A program made the translations under genes and the position numbers. Shown piece after piece: positions 24,700 through 34,320 of a stretch of 64,000 nucleotides of DNA (position 1 is the first letter of the stretch; every line of letters begins with the position of its first letter). This DNA comes from Akkermansia sp. (GTDB lineage: Bacteria > Verrucomicrobiota > Verrucomicrobiia > Verrucomicrobiales > Akkermansiaceae): positions 15,750 to 79,749 of the forward strand of contig JAZSRB010000008.1 of the NCBI GenBank assembly GCA_045538275.1. The letters run 5' to 3'. A model generated the notes under the pieces. It saw nothing but the letters and a program-made list of their open reading frames with translations, was not told the origin of the DNA and searched no databases.

Positions 24700-24706
24700 T
24701 CTGACA

Positions 24707-25816
24707 ATGAGCAGCCACCAGCCAACCGGGGAGGACCCGAGGTATCTACAGGAACAGATTATTACCTACCTGGGTAATAAACGGAGGCTGCTCGATTTCA
24801 TTGGCAAAGCCGTACTGCAGGTACGCGAGCGCATGGGGGGACGCAAGCTGCGTTGTTTCGATGCCTTTTCCGGCTCCGGCATCGTGAGCCGCTACCTGAA
24901 ACAACACGCAGAGCTTCTTTTCAGCAACGACCTGGAAAGCTACGCCCGCATACTCAACACCTGCTACCTGGCCAACCGCGACATCGTGAGCCAGGCCAAG
25001 CTGCCGGAATTGCATGCTCACCTGCTGCAGCAGATTGAGCAGAACCTGGCACCCGGTATGCTGGCGGCATACTACGCTCCACAGGATGATACCCACATCT
25101 GCCCCGGAGAAAGAGTCTTCTACACCCGGCGCAATGCCATCTATCTGGACACCGCCCGCCGCTGCATAGGAGCCATCCCGGAAGCAATGCAGCCATTTTT
25201 CCTGGCGCCGCTGCTCTGCGAAGCCTCCGTGCACACCAACACCGCCGGCATCTTCAAAGGCTTTTACAAAGACAAGAGCGGTATCGGCAAATTCGGCGGA
25301 CGGGGAGCCAACGCCCTGCAGCGCATTCTGGCCCCCATTGAACTCCCCCTGCCCATCTTCTCACGTTTCGATTGCGAGAACCATGTGCTGCAGAGTGATG
25401 CCACCGCCGCCGCCGCAACCCTGCCGGAACTTGACCTGGCCTATCTCGACCCGCCTTACAACCAGCACCCTTATGGTTCCAATTACTTCATGCTGAACCT
25501 CCTGCTTCAGAACAAAGAGCCTCAGCAAATCTCGCGCGTATCGGGCATACCGGCAGATTGGAACCGCTCACCCTACAACAAGCGTGCCCAAGTGCAGCAG
25601 GCGCTGGATAAATTGCTACATACCCTGCCCGCACGATTCATCCTCATTTCCTACAATTCAGAAGGCTTCATCCCCCTGCCGGAAATGCAGCAACTCCTCA
25701 GCAGACACGGCAAATTCCAGATCATGGAAACCGACTACGCCACCTTCCGCGGCTGCCGCAATCTGTGTGCACGCGCGCTCTCTGTCAAAGAATATCTTTT
25801 CCTGCTGGAAAAGTGA
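24707..25816 (+). CDS. N6-adenine DNA methyltransferase (D12/Dam-like class), orphan
   Basis: YLGNK..L, motif I DAFSGSG and motif IV YLDPPY. No adjacent endonuclease. Confidence 0.9.
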   Translation: MSSHQPTGEDPRYLQEQIITYLGNKRRLLDFIGKAVLQVRERMGGRKLRCFDAFSGSGIVSRYLKQHAELLFSNDLESYARILNTCYLANRDIVSQAKLPELHAHLLQQIEQNLAPGMLAAYYAPQDDTHICPGERVFYTRRNAIYLDTARRCIGAIPEAMQPFFLAPLLCEASVHTNTAGIFKGFYKDKSGIGKFGGRGANALQRILAPIELPLPIFSRFDCENHVLQSDATAAAATLPELDLAYLDPPYNQHPYGSNYFMLNLLLQNKEPQQISRVSGIPADWNRSPYNKRAQVQQALDKLLHTLPARFILISYNSEGFIPLPEMQQLLSRHGKFQIMETDYATFRGCRNLCARALSVKEYLFLLEK

Positions 25817-25862
25817 CACAGAACTTGCTTGACGAAATCCCTCCTGCGGGTATCATTGGACT

Positions 25863-26234
25863 GTGAATTATCTCTCAACCCTTTCCCACATGAGTGCCTG
25901 TGCGCTGCTCGTATCGCTGAGCAGCTGCTACCCACAGGCATCTGACCCGGAACAACTGCGGCTGGCGCACGAACAGAACGCCGCCCTGCGCCAGGAAATC
26001 GTACGCATGCAGCAGCTCATCAAACAGGCGGGCGATACCAATGCTGACCTGTCTGAAGCCGTGCAGGCCAAGGAGCAGGAACTCACCGATGCGCTCAACG
26101 AACTCAAAGTGGTCAAGCGCCAGGAAACCGAAGCCAAACTCCGCGTCATTGAACTGCAGGACCGTCTGGATGCTTTCCGGGCCAATTTCCGCATGCTGCA
26201 GAACGAAACCATCAAGCTCCACAAACGCCCATGA
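25863..26234 (+). CDS. Coiled-coil lipoprotein
   Basis: Lipobox LSSC followed by a heptad-rich helical region. GTG start right after TTGACG-17-TATCAT (ATG 25890 is an alternative). Confidence 0.75.
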   Translation: MNYLSTLSHMSACALLVSLSSCYPQASDPEQLRLAHEQNAALRQEIVRMQQLIKQAGDTNADLSEAVQAKEQELTDALNELKVVKRQETEAKLRVIELQDRLDAFRANFRMLQNETIKLHKRP

Positions 26235-27181
26235 GCACGCCCACAGAACCAACGGTGGATAAGGAAAAAGAGCTTACCCCCGAAGTAGAAGCCCCCGTGG
26301 CAACCGAAACCGCAGTCATACCCCCGGCATCTGAGGAAAAGTCCGCTGAACCCACCCAGGAGCCCCCGACCCGCCCCAGAAAGAAAACCGGCAAGAGTGG
26401 TTGGCTCATGGACTCCGCACTTGTGCTTGCCCTGGTGGGCATTATCGGTGGCGGCGCATGGTTTATCCAGCAGGAACTTGAAAAATACAACGTGCCCTCC
26501 CCCATGGAACTGGCACAGAACGAATACCTCGAGCTCTGCAAACAACACGAACAACTCCAAGAAGCGGCCTACCGCGCCGATGAGCAAATCCGCATGCGCG
26601 ACCGCATTGCCGGCCTCGAAACTCAGCTCCTCAGCATCAGACGCCAGATTGCCGAACGCCGCAGCGCCACCAGTGAGGAAGAATCACGCGTACACTCCCT
26701 CCAGCGCGAAATCCGCCAGGAGGACAAAACCTCCCGGGCCGTAGCCCGCAGTCTGCTGGTCGGGCTCCCCATCGGCAACGCCGCCACCACCAGCGGACGC
26801 GCCTACCCGAACGCCATCATTCACCGCCTGAAAGCTGGCCGAATCACCCTGCGATTTCCCGAAGGGCAAGCCACATTCCCGCTCTCCAATCTCGTCAAGG
26901 ACAACCTGCCGGACATAGCCCGCTATGCTCTGGGCCTTGATGACATGGTGGATATGAGCGACTTTGACAAAATGCCCAAACGCCGTAAAGGCAAGCTCAT
27001 CACCCCGCGCAAAGCACCGACTCAGGTAGCAGCAGAACCTGCCCCCAGCTACGAACCGGAGCCCACCGCCCCGGTGGTCAACACCCAGGCCCCGGCGGTC
27101 ATCACCGTAGAACCCGGTGGCCTTGATGCAGATTCCGAATCATGGGAAGCCCCAGAAGCCCCGCTTCCCATTGAAGAATAA
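26231..27181 (+). CDS. Hypothetical membrane-anchored coiled-coil protein
   Basis: Acidic/Pro-rich N-terminus, one TM segment, coiled coil, small beta-domain and Pro/Ala tail. ATGA overlap with the upstream gene. Confidence 0.8.
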   Translation: MSTPTEPTVDKEKELTPEVEAPVATETAVIPPASEEKSAEPTQEPPTRPRKKTGKSGWLMDSALVLALVGIIGGGAWFIQQELEKYNVPSPMELAQNEYLELCKQHEQLQEAAYRADEQIRMRDRIAGLETQLLSIRRQIAERRSATSEEESRVHSLQREIRQEDKTSRAVARSLLVGLPIGNAATTSGRAYPNAIIHRLKAGRITLRFPEGQATFPLSNLVKDNLPDIARYALGLDDMVDMSDFDKMPKRRKGKLITPRKAPTQVAAEPAPSYEPEPTAPVVNTQAPAVITVEPGGLDADSESWEAPEAPLPIEE

Positions 27182-27203
27182 CGCCTCCTTATTCCATTAA
27201 CCG

Positions 27204-27244
27204 AAAAAAGCGCGCATCGGAACCATCACCGATGCGCGCTTCTC
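27204..27244. terminator. Terminator between convergent genes
   Basis: aagcgcgcatcgg/ccgatgcgcgctt 13-bp stem with a flanking A-tract. Confidence 0.75.
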
Positions 27245-27261
27245 ACTTCTCTCGCTGAATC

Positions 27262-28395
27262 TTATTTCTTCTTGCGGCAACAGGCCTTATTTTTGGCGGG
27301 AGCCGTGCAATCGGCCTTGGGGGCCAGCGTGCGGTTCATCTGCTTCCAGCTCCAATCCCAGCGGGTAAGTGACGTGAAGCAAGCCGTGAGCAATTTCACG
27401 CTGGCCTCAATATCCACCTTGTGCGCCATTTCAATGCTCTGGTGCACATTACGCACAGGAATAGAGATAGCGCCGGTCACAGCACCACCGGCGGTGAACT
27501 TCTGCATGGCTCCGGCATCGGTACCACCAGCAGCCAGCAGCTCTAGCTGGTAAGGAATCTCACCCTCCTGGCAGAGCGCCGTCATGAACTTCACCATGCG
27601 GGGGTCCGTGATAAGCGTACCATCGTACACCTTCACCGCCGTCCCCTTGCCCAGCACCGTGCACTTATCGTGCGCACCGCTGCCGGGGGTATCAAAGGCG
27701 ATGGTCACATCCAACGCAAACGCAAAATCCGGGTTGATGGCAAGCGTGGCAGCATGTGCGCCGCGCAGCCCCACTTCCTCCTGCACCGTGAACACGGCAT
27801 ACAAATCGTAATCCGGCAGGTTACCGCTCTCCTTGATAGCGCGCACCGCCTCAATCAGCATAAAACAACCACCACGGTTATCAATGCTCTTCACATTCAG
27901 GCAATCGCCCATCTCCACCAAATCGCCGATACGGGTGATAGAATCGCCGATGGAAACATACTTCTCCACCTCCTCCTTGCTCATGCCCAGGTCCACCACG
28001 TAATCCGTCACCTGGGGCATCTTTGAGCGTTCCTCCGGGCTCATCACGTGAATGGGCTTCACACCCATGCAACCGGGCAGATCCTTCGTGCCATGCACCA
28101 CCACGCGCTGCGCGGTCAGGGTCTTGGCATCAAAACCACCCAGGGGCAGAATGCGGATAAAGCCATTGTCATCAATATGGCGCACAATGAAACCGATTTC
28201 ATCCATGTGAGCCGCGCACATAATGCGCTTTTCCGCACTCTTACCCTTGATAAGAGCCACCACATTGCCCACATTGTCCACCTTGATTTCATCAGCCAGC
28301 GGGGTCATCTCCTTGATGACCAGCTCGCGGATGCCATACTCAAAACCGGGAGCCCCGGTTGCCTCGCAGAGGTCTTTGAAGAGCTGGATATTCAT
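27262..28395 (-). CDS. M42 family metallo-aminopeptidase (TET-like)
   Basis: AAHMDEIG, SIDNR, TVQEEVGLRGA, ALDVT, GGTDAG and HQSIE. Confidence 0.93.
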   Translation of the reverse strand: MNIQLFKDLCEATGAPGFEYGIRELVIKEMTPLADEIKVDNVGNVVALIKGKSAEKRIMCAAHMDEIGFIVRHIDDNGFIRILPLGGFDAKTLTAQRVVVHGTKDLPGCMGVKPIHVMSPEERSKMPQVTDYVVDLGMSKEEVEKYVSIGDSITRIGDLVEMGDCLNVKSIDNRGGCFMLIEAVRAIKESGNLPDYDLYAVFTVQEEVGLRGAHAATLAINPDFAFALDVTIAFDTPGSGAHDKCTVLGKGTAVKVYDGTLITDPRMVKFMTALCQEGEIPYQLELLAAGGTDAGAMQKFTAGGAVTGAISIPVRNVHQSIEMAHKVDIEASVKLLTACFTSLTRWDWSWKQMNRTLAPKADCTAPAKNKACCRKKK

Positions 28396-28517
28396 GCCGC
28401 CTACTTTACTCCTTTCCACTCCACTTGGCAAGGGCAGACTCAGTACCAGACATCATTTTCCGGACATGCACACAGGAAACACCTTGCAATGCAGCGGTAG
28501 TGTGTTATGATACAACC

Positions 28518-29915
28518 ATGAACCGCCTGCCGATTCCGCAATATGTGATGGCTCTGGCCCATGTGGCCGCCCTGCGCTCCGAAGACCCCTACCGCAAGGT
28601 GGGTGCCGCTGCGCTGGATAAGGACAACCGCGTGATCGGCACCGCCTACAACGGACTCTTCCCCGGATTCGACGCACCGGAGGGATTCTGGGCATCCCGC
28701 GATGAACGGCAGAAATACATGCTGCACGCCGAAATCAACCTCTGCAGCCTCTTCAAACGCGGCGAAGCGCGGATTGTGGCGTGCACCACCATGCCCTGCA
28801 CCTCGTGTATGCAGGCACTCTGCGCCCACGGAGTCAGGACCATCTACTATGGTGAAGACTACGCCGCCTCCCAGGCGCCGGCTATTGCCGCCATGTATGG
28901 GGTGGAGCTCATCAAAGTGGAGGACTACCCGCTTTCCACACGTTTCCCGCTGGTTGCCCCCAGGGTGGAATCCCCCGCCTGCAATTGCAGCAACGAAGAA
29001 GAAACCCTTCCGGTGGAAAGCCGGCTGCGCGGATGTTTCATGGGCCTTATGTGTGGTGATGCCCTTGGCGCACCGGTAGAATTCCATAGTCCCAGCGATG
29101 TATGTTCCCTGTACCCGGATGGTATCTCGGGCATGGTAGACGGGTGGGGCTGCACAGATGAACGCCGCAGCGGTGAAATCACCGATGATTCCGAAATGGC
29201 CATTGCCCTGCTCCGCAGTCTGCTCAACGAGCAGGGATTCAACTCCCTGGCCATCCAGTCGCAGTATATCGACTGGCTCTCCACCGACCCGGATGACGTG
29301 GGCGGCACCATACGCAGCTCTCTGAACGGCAAGTTCAATGCCGATTCACAAGCCAACGGGGCGCTCATGCGCGTAGCTCCCCTGGCCCTCTATGCCACCC
29401 TGCACCCGGAATGGGACTGGGAAACCGCCGCCATCAAGGAATGCAAGCACACCCACATCAACCCGCGCTGCATTCATGCCAACGTCATCTACGTTGAATC
29501 CCTCATCCTCGCGCTGCAAGGCTACACCCCGCAGCAGATATACACCACAGCCTGCAACCGCGCCCAGGAGCTCGATGACGTGCAGCTTCTCAGCCGTCTG
29601 CGTGCGGCAGAATACGAAGAACCCGAATATTACCCCCAGGCAGGCTGGGTGGAAATTGCTTTCCAATGCGCCTACTACTGGCTGCTGCACGCCACCGATT
29701 ACCCCTCGGCCATGTGCCGCATCGTGAATCGCTGCGGAGACCCCGATACCAACGCCGCCATAGCCGGAGCGCTGCTGGGGGCAATCTATGGCGACTGCGG
29801 CATCCCCCGCGAATGGCAGAATGAAGTACTCTGCTGCCGCTGCGAACGGCCCATGCGCTACCGCGCCGCCCAGGGCATGCAACTGCTGGAGGAGCTCATC
29901 GTCCAAGCCCAATGA
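28518..29915 (+). CDS. Fusion of dCMP deaminase-like domain and ADP-ribosylglycohydrolase
   Basis: N-terminal RS.D....VGA, AYNG, HAE..., PCTSC (Zn-deaminase). C-terminal GDALG, TDDSEM, NGALMR and GDPDTNAAIAGALLGA (ARH/DraG family). Single open frame. Confidence 0.88.
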   Translation: MNRLPIPQYVMALAHVAALRSEDPYRKVGAAALDKDNRVIGTAYNGLFPGFDAPEGFWASRDERQKYMLHAEINLCSLFKRGEARIVACTTMPCTSCMQALCAHGVRTIYYGEDYAASQAPAIAAMYGVELIKVEDYPLSTRFPLVAPRVESPACNCSNEEETLPVESRLRGCFMGLMCGDALGAPVEFHSPSDVCSLYPDGISGMVDGWGCTDERRSGEITDDSEMAIALLRSLLNEQGFNSLAIQSQYIDWLSTDPDDVGGTIRSSLNGKFNADSQANGALMRVAPLALYATLHPEWDWETAAIKECKHTHINPRCIHANVIYVESLILALQGYTPQQIYTTACNRAQELDDVQLLSRLRAAEYEEPEYYPQAGWVEIAFQCAYYWLLHATDYPSAMCRIVNRCGDPDTNAAIAGALLGAIYGDCGIPREWQNEVLCCRCERPMRYRAAQGMQLLEELIVQAQ

Positions 29916-30901
29916 GTGCTCCCCTGCTCCAGGTCCGCGACCTCACGGTCGAGTTTCACTCCCGCGCCGGGGTAAACTACGCCGTCAACGGCGTTTCCTT
30001 TGACCTGAACGCCGGCGAAACCCTCGGCATTGTCGGCGAATCCGGCTCCGGCAAATCCGCCACCTCCTCCACCCTCATGGGACTGCTGCCCAGCCCGCCG
30101 GCCCGCATCGGCCAGGATTCCCGCGCCTGGTTCGACGGCATCGACCTGCTGCACGCCCCGGAAAAAGTGCACGCCACCCTGCGCGGGCGGCGCATCTCCA
30201 TGATTTTCCAGGACCCCATGACCTGCCTGAATCCCTGCATGTGCATCGGCGACCAGGTGGCGGAGCCACTCGTGCTGCACCAGGGGCTCAGCTGGCGCGA
30301 AGCCCGCCGCCTCGCAGTGGAAGAACTGGCCCGCACCGGCATACCCGAGCCGGAAAAACGCGCCCTGGCCTATCCGCACGAATTCTCCGGCGGCATGCGC
30401 CAGCGCGTGATGATAGCCATGGCACTCATCACCCGCCCGCAAATCCTCATTGCCGATGAACCCACCACCGCGCTCGATGTGACCGTGCAGAAACAGGTGC
30501 TCGACCTCCTCCGCACCCGCCAGCAGGAACTGGGCACCGCCATCATCCTCATCACTCACGACCTCGGCGTGGTGCGGCAATACGCCCACCGCATCCAGGT
30601 CATGTATGCCGGCAGCATTGTGGAAAGCGCACCGGCCGAAGAACTTATCCGCCACCCGCGGCATGCCTACACCCGCTCCCTCATGGCCTCCATTCCCGGC
30701 GCGGCAGACAAAGGCAGCCGCCTGCAGACCATCCCCGGTCTGCCCCCCACCCTGCGCGAGCCCGTGAGCGGCTGCGCCTTCCGCCCCCGCAACACCCTGG
30801 GCAACCCCGCCCTCTGCCTCACCGACCGCATCCCTGAGCTCGTGGAAATCACCCCCGGCCACTGGGTGCGCAACTGCCCCGGCTGCATGGCATCCGCATA
30901 A
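29912..30901 (+). CDS. Oligopeptide/dipeptide ABC transporter ATP-binding subunit (OppD/DppD-like)
   Basis: GESGSGKS, FQDPMT.LNP, FSGGMRQRVMIA, DEPTTALD, HPRH.YT and a Cys-containing C-terminus. Confidence 0.93.
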   Translation: MSAPLLQVRDLTVEFHSRAGVNYAVNGVSFDLNAGETLGIVGESGSGKSATSSTLMGLLPSPPARIGQDSRAWFDGIDLLHAPEKVHATLRGRRISMIFQDPMTCLNPCMCIGDQVAEPLVLHQGLSWREARRLAVEELARTGIPEPEKRALAYPHEFSGGMRQRVMIAMALITRPQILIADEPTTALDVTVQKQVLDLLRTRQQELGTAIILITHDLGVVRQYAHRIQVMYAGSIVESAPAEELIRHPRHAYTRSLMASIPGAADKGSRLQTIPGLPPTLREPVSGCAFRPRNTLGNPALCLTDRIPELVEITPGHWVRNCPGCMASA

Positions 30902-30966
30902 GCTAAGCAAAACAAATAGTGCTAACCTCTTGAAAAACAAGGAAGCGATATCTACTATCGTCTTCC

Positions 30967-32403
30967 ATGAACCACAAACTCACCACCGCCGCCGGAGCAC
31001 CGGTGGCCGATAACAACCGCTCGCTCACTGCGGGACCGCGCGGGCCCATGCTTATGCAGGATACCTGGCTTTTCGAAAAGCTCAGCCACCTGAACCGCGA
31101 GGTCATCCCGGAGCGCCGTATGCATGCCAAGGGATTCGGAGCATTTGGCGTGTTCCGGGTCACGAATGATATCACCCGCTACACCTGCGCCGATTTGTTC
31201 TCCTCCATCGGCAAAGAGACGGAAGTCTTTGTGCGTTTTTCCACCGTGGCGGGGGAACGCGGCGCAGCCGATGCCGAACGCGACATCCGCGGCTTTGCCG
31301 TGAAGTTTTACACCCAGCAAGGCAACTGGGACCTGGTGGGCAACAACACCCCCGTCTTCTTCCTACGCGATCCCCGCAAGTTTGCCGACCTGAACCACGC
31401 CATCAAGCGCCACCCGGCCAGCGGCCTGCACAGCCCCGCCGCCAACTGGGATTTCTGGACCTCCCTGCCCGAGGCCTTCCACCAGGTCACCATCGTGATG
31501 AGCGACCGCGGTATCCCGGACGGCTTCCGGCACATGCACGGCTTCGGCAGCCATACTTTCTCGCTCATCAACGCACAGAGCGAGCGCATCTGGTGCAAGT
31601 TCCACTGGGTGTGCCAGCAGGGCATCCGCAACCTGACAGATGCCCAGGCAGCCGCCCTCATTGCCGCCGACCGCGACAGCGCCGGAACCGACCTGTACCA
31701 GGCCATCGCGCAGGGCAATTTCCCGAAATGGAAGCTCTGCATCCAGGTCATGACTGATGCCGAGGCCGCCGCATTCCCCTTCAATCCCTTTGATTTGACC
31801 AAGGTTTGGCCGCACGGGGATTTCCCGCTCATCGAAGTGGGTGAAATGGTACTCAACCGCAACCCGCAGAACTATTTTGCCGAGGTGGAACAGGCCGCCT
31901 TCAATCCGGCGCAGGTGGTGCCGGGCATCGGTTTCTCGCCGGATAAGATGCTGCAGGGGCGCCTCTTTGCCTATGGCGATGCCCAGCGCTACCGCCTGGG
32001 GGTGAATCACCACCTCATCCCGGTGAACCGCCCGCGCTGCCCCTTCCACAGTTTCCACCGCGATGGTCAGATGCGCACCGACGGCAACCTGGGCGATACC
32101 CTCACCTACGAGCCGAATAGCTACCACGAGTGGCAGGAACAGCCGCAATTCACAGAACCGCCCCAGCACATCTGCGGTGATTCCGGTCATTGGGACTACG
32201 CCAACGACGATGCAGACTACTACGCCCAGCCGCGCGCCCTGTTCCTGCTCATGAACAAAAAGCAACGCCAGGAACTTTTCGACAACACAGCCCGCGCCCT
32301 GGCCGGCGTGCCGGAGTTCATCCGCCAGCGCCACCTGGAGCACTGCTTCGCCTGCCACAAGGAATACGGCGAGGGCGTGGCCGCCGCCCTGTCCGCGCCC
32401 TGA
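30967..32403 (+). CDS. katA: Monofunctional heme catalase (small subunit)
   Basis: [32 protein letters not shown] and heme-ligand motif RLFAYGDAQ. Confidence 0.97.
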   Translation: MNHKLTTAAGAPVADNNRSLTAGPRGPMLMQDTWLFEKLSHLNREVIPERRMHAKGFGAFGVFRVTNDITRYTCADLFSSIGKETEVFVRFSTVAGERGAADAERDIRGFAVKFYTQQGNWDLVGNNTPVFFLRDPRKFADLNHAIKRHPASGLHSPAANWDFWTSLPEAFHQVTIVMSDRGIPDGFRHMHGFGSHTFSLINAQSERIWCKFHWVCQQGIRNLTDAQAAALIAADRDSAGTDLYQAIAQGNFPKWKLCIQVMTDAEAAAFPFNPFDLTKVWPHGDFPLIEVGEMVLNRNPQNYFAEVEQAAFNPAQVVPGIGFSPDKMLQGRLFAYGDAQRYRLGVNHHLIPVNRPRCPFHSFHRDGQMRTDGNLGDTLTYEPNSYHEWQEQPQFTEPPQHICGDSGHWDYANDDADYYAQPRALFLLMNKKQRQELFDNTARALAGVPEFIRQRHLEHCFACHKEYGEGVAAALSAP

Positions 32404-32412
32404 GGCGCGGAC

Positions 32413-34155
32413 TCATGGCTCAACCCAGCGGCCGTGGTCCTTGATGAGCTGCACAAGGTGCTGCACGGCTTCCTCCTGCGGGATATTCATCACCACCGGG
32501 GTGTGGCCCACATAGAGGTTAATCTTGTTCGGGGCGCCGCCTACGTAGCCGAAATCGGCATCGCTCATTTCGCCGGGGCCATTCACGATGCAGCCCATGA
32601 TGGCGATTTTCACGCCTTTGAGGTGCCCCGTGGCCTCGCGGATGCGGGCGGCTGCTTCCTGAATGTTGTAGTGCGTGCGGCCGCAGGACGGGCAGGAAAC
32701 GTATTCGGTCTTGCTCAGGCGCACGCCGGCGGCCTGCAGGATGTTGAAGCCCAGGCGGGCGGCCTTGTCGGGGTCGGTCTCACGGCGGATAAGCACGGCA
32801 TTGCCGATTCCGTCACACAGCAGCGCTCCGGCATTCACGCCGCCGGCCATGGGGGCAGAGAGCGTATCCTGACCATTAAAGAGAGTATCCTTGAGCAGGA
32901 TGCTGTGGCGGGTCGGTATCACCGCAGCCAGCAGACGGAACGCCTGCACGCAGGGCATATCAATACCGTCCTTCACCGTCACCAGCGTGGCGGGAGCATC
33001 AGCCAGAGCAGCGGTGGCGGCAGCATCGCGCGGATCAATCTCCACCGCAGCGCTATCCTCGGCCGAGATTTCCGGCATGAAATCCTTCATCACCGCCGGG
33101 TCGAGAGCCTTGCAGGCAGCCGCGGGAAGCACCACGCGCACCGGTTCATTCCAGCCCAAGGTCACGCCGCCGCGGGTAACCACCTCGGCCTTGCGCTTGT
33201 TGAATTCAAAGGGGTTAAAGGCATCCGGCACTTCCACGGCAAGCGAAGCAGCGGCGGGCATCACGCCCGGCTGGTAGGGAGCCGCCAGCTCGAAACCGGG
33301 GGCAATCTCATACACCGGGTCCTCGGTAAGGGAAACGCGCAGCGTATCGCCAATGCCATCTGCCAGCAGCGAGCCCACACCCGTGGCGCTCTTGATGCGG
33401 GCGTCCTCGCCCTCGCCGGCCTCGGTCACGCCCAGGTGGATGGGGTAGTTCCAGTCGAGTCCCTCCTCTGCCAGGCGCTTCACCAACAGGCGGTAGGCCT
33501 GAATCATCACCTTCACATTGGAGGATTTCATGGAGAACACCAACTGGTGGTAATCCAGCTCGCGGGCAATGCGGGCAAACTCCAGCGCGCTCTCCACCAT
33601 GCCATCCGGCGTGTCGCCATAGCGGTTCAGAATGCGGTCGGAGAGGGAACCATGGTTGGCCCCCAGGCGCATGGCGCGGCCGTGTTCCTTGCAGAAAAGC
33701 ACCAGCGGTGTGAATGCCGTGCGGATTTTCTCGATTTCCTCCTCGTATTCGTAATCGGTGTAGTCACGCTCCACAAACTTCTTCTTATCCACGAAATTAC
33801 CGGGATTCACGCGGATTTTCTCCACCCACTTGGCGGCCTCCATGGCAGCATCGGGTTTGAAGTGAATATCGGCCACCAGAGGCACGTTGCACCCGGCGGC
33901 GCGCAGCTCGCGGGCAATATTCTCCAGATTTGCGGCATACACCTTGGTCTGCGCCGTCAGACGGATGATTTCGCACCCCGCCTCAGCCAGCGCCAGCGAT
34001 TCGCGCACGCAGCCGGCGGTATCCAGCGTATCGCTGGTCAACATGGACTGAATACGGATAGGATTACTCCCACCAATCCCCACATTTCCCACCATCACCT
34101 CGCGGGTCAGGCGGCGCGTATACTGGTACAGACTCGGGCAATGAAGCGTGCTCAT
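32413..34155 (-). CDS. ispG: (E)-4-hydroxy-3-methylbut-2-enyl-diphosphate synthase, long form
   Basis: IRIQSM, VADIHF, RLGANHGSLS, HLGVTEAG, CPSCGRT and MGCIVNGPGE. Confidence 0.97.
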   Translation of the reverse strand: MSTLHCPSLYQYTRRLTREVMVGNVGIGGSNPIRIQSMLTSDTLDTAGCVRESLALAEAGCEIIRLTAQTKVYAANLENIARELRAAGCNVPLVADIHFKPDAAMEAAKWVEKIRVNPGNFVDKKKFVERDYTDYEYEEEIEKIRTAFTPLVLFCKEHGRAMRLGANHGSLSDRILNRYGDTPDGMVESALEFARIARELDYHQLVFSMKSSNVKVMIQAYRLLVKRLAEEGLDWNYPIHLGVTEAGEGEDARIKSATGVGSLLADGIGDTLRVSLTEDPVYEIAPGFELAAPYQPGVMPAAASLAVEVPDAFNPFEFNKRKAEVVTRGGVTLGWNEPVRVVLPAAACKALDPAVMKDFMPEISAEDSAAVEIDPRDAAATAALADAPATLVTVKDGIDMPCVQAFRLLAAVIPTRHSILLKDTLFNGQDTLSAPMAGGVNAGALLCDGIGNAVLIRRETDPDKAARLGFNILQAAGVRLSKTEYVSCPSCGRTHYNIQEAAARIREATGHLKGVKIAIMGCIVNGPGEMSDADFGYVGGAPNKINLYVGHTPVVMNIPQEEAVQHLVQLIKDHGRWVEP

Positions 34156-34320
34156 GCCCTAACTTTACTCCCACCGCGGATGTTTTTCAAGCCCGAACAG
34201 CCCCATGCCCCCGCCAAAGCGCATTTTATCGCCTCGCAAGCGATGTTATGTTCGTTTTGCAGTTGACATTTCGGACAAATGGATTTAACTTAAGTTAAAG
34301 AAACCAATAAAGCTTTCCTC

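Noticed and set aside
24542-24706. Upstream extension of the methyltransferase ORF
   Set aside because: Runs through the repeat element and the promoter; family similarity starts after ATG 24707.
30917-30959. OxyR-type site upstream of catalase (ATAG...CTAT)
   Set aside because: Spacing does not fit the ATAG-N7-CTAT-N7-ATAG-N7-CTAT pattern; only partial matches.
32434-34266. 610-aa + strand ORF opposite ispG (similarly 55481-57298 opposite aspS, 31363-32358 opposite catalase, 29858-30940 opposite OppD)
   Set aside because: Antisense shadows of well-supported conserved genes.
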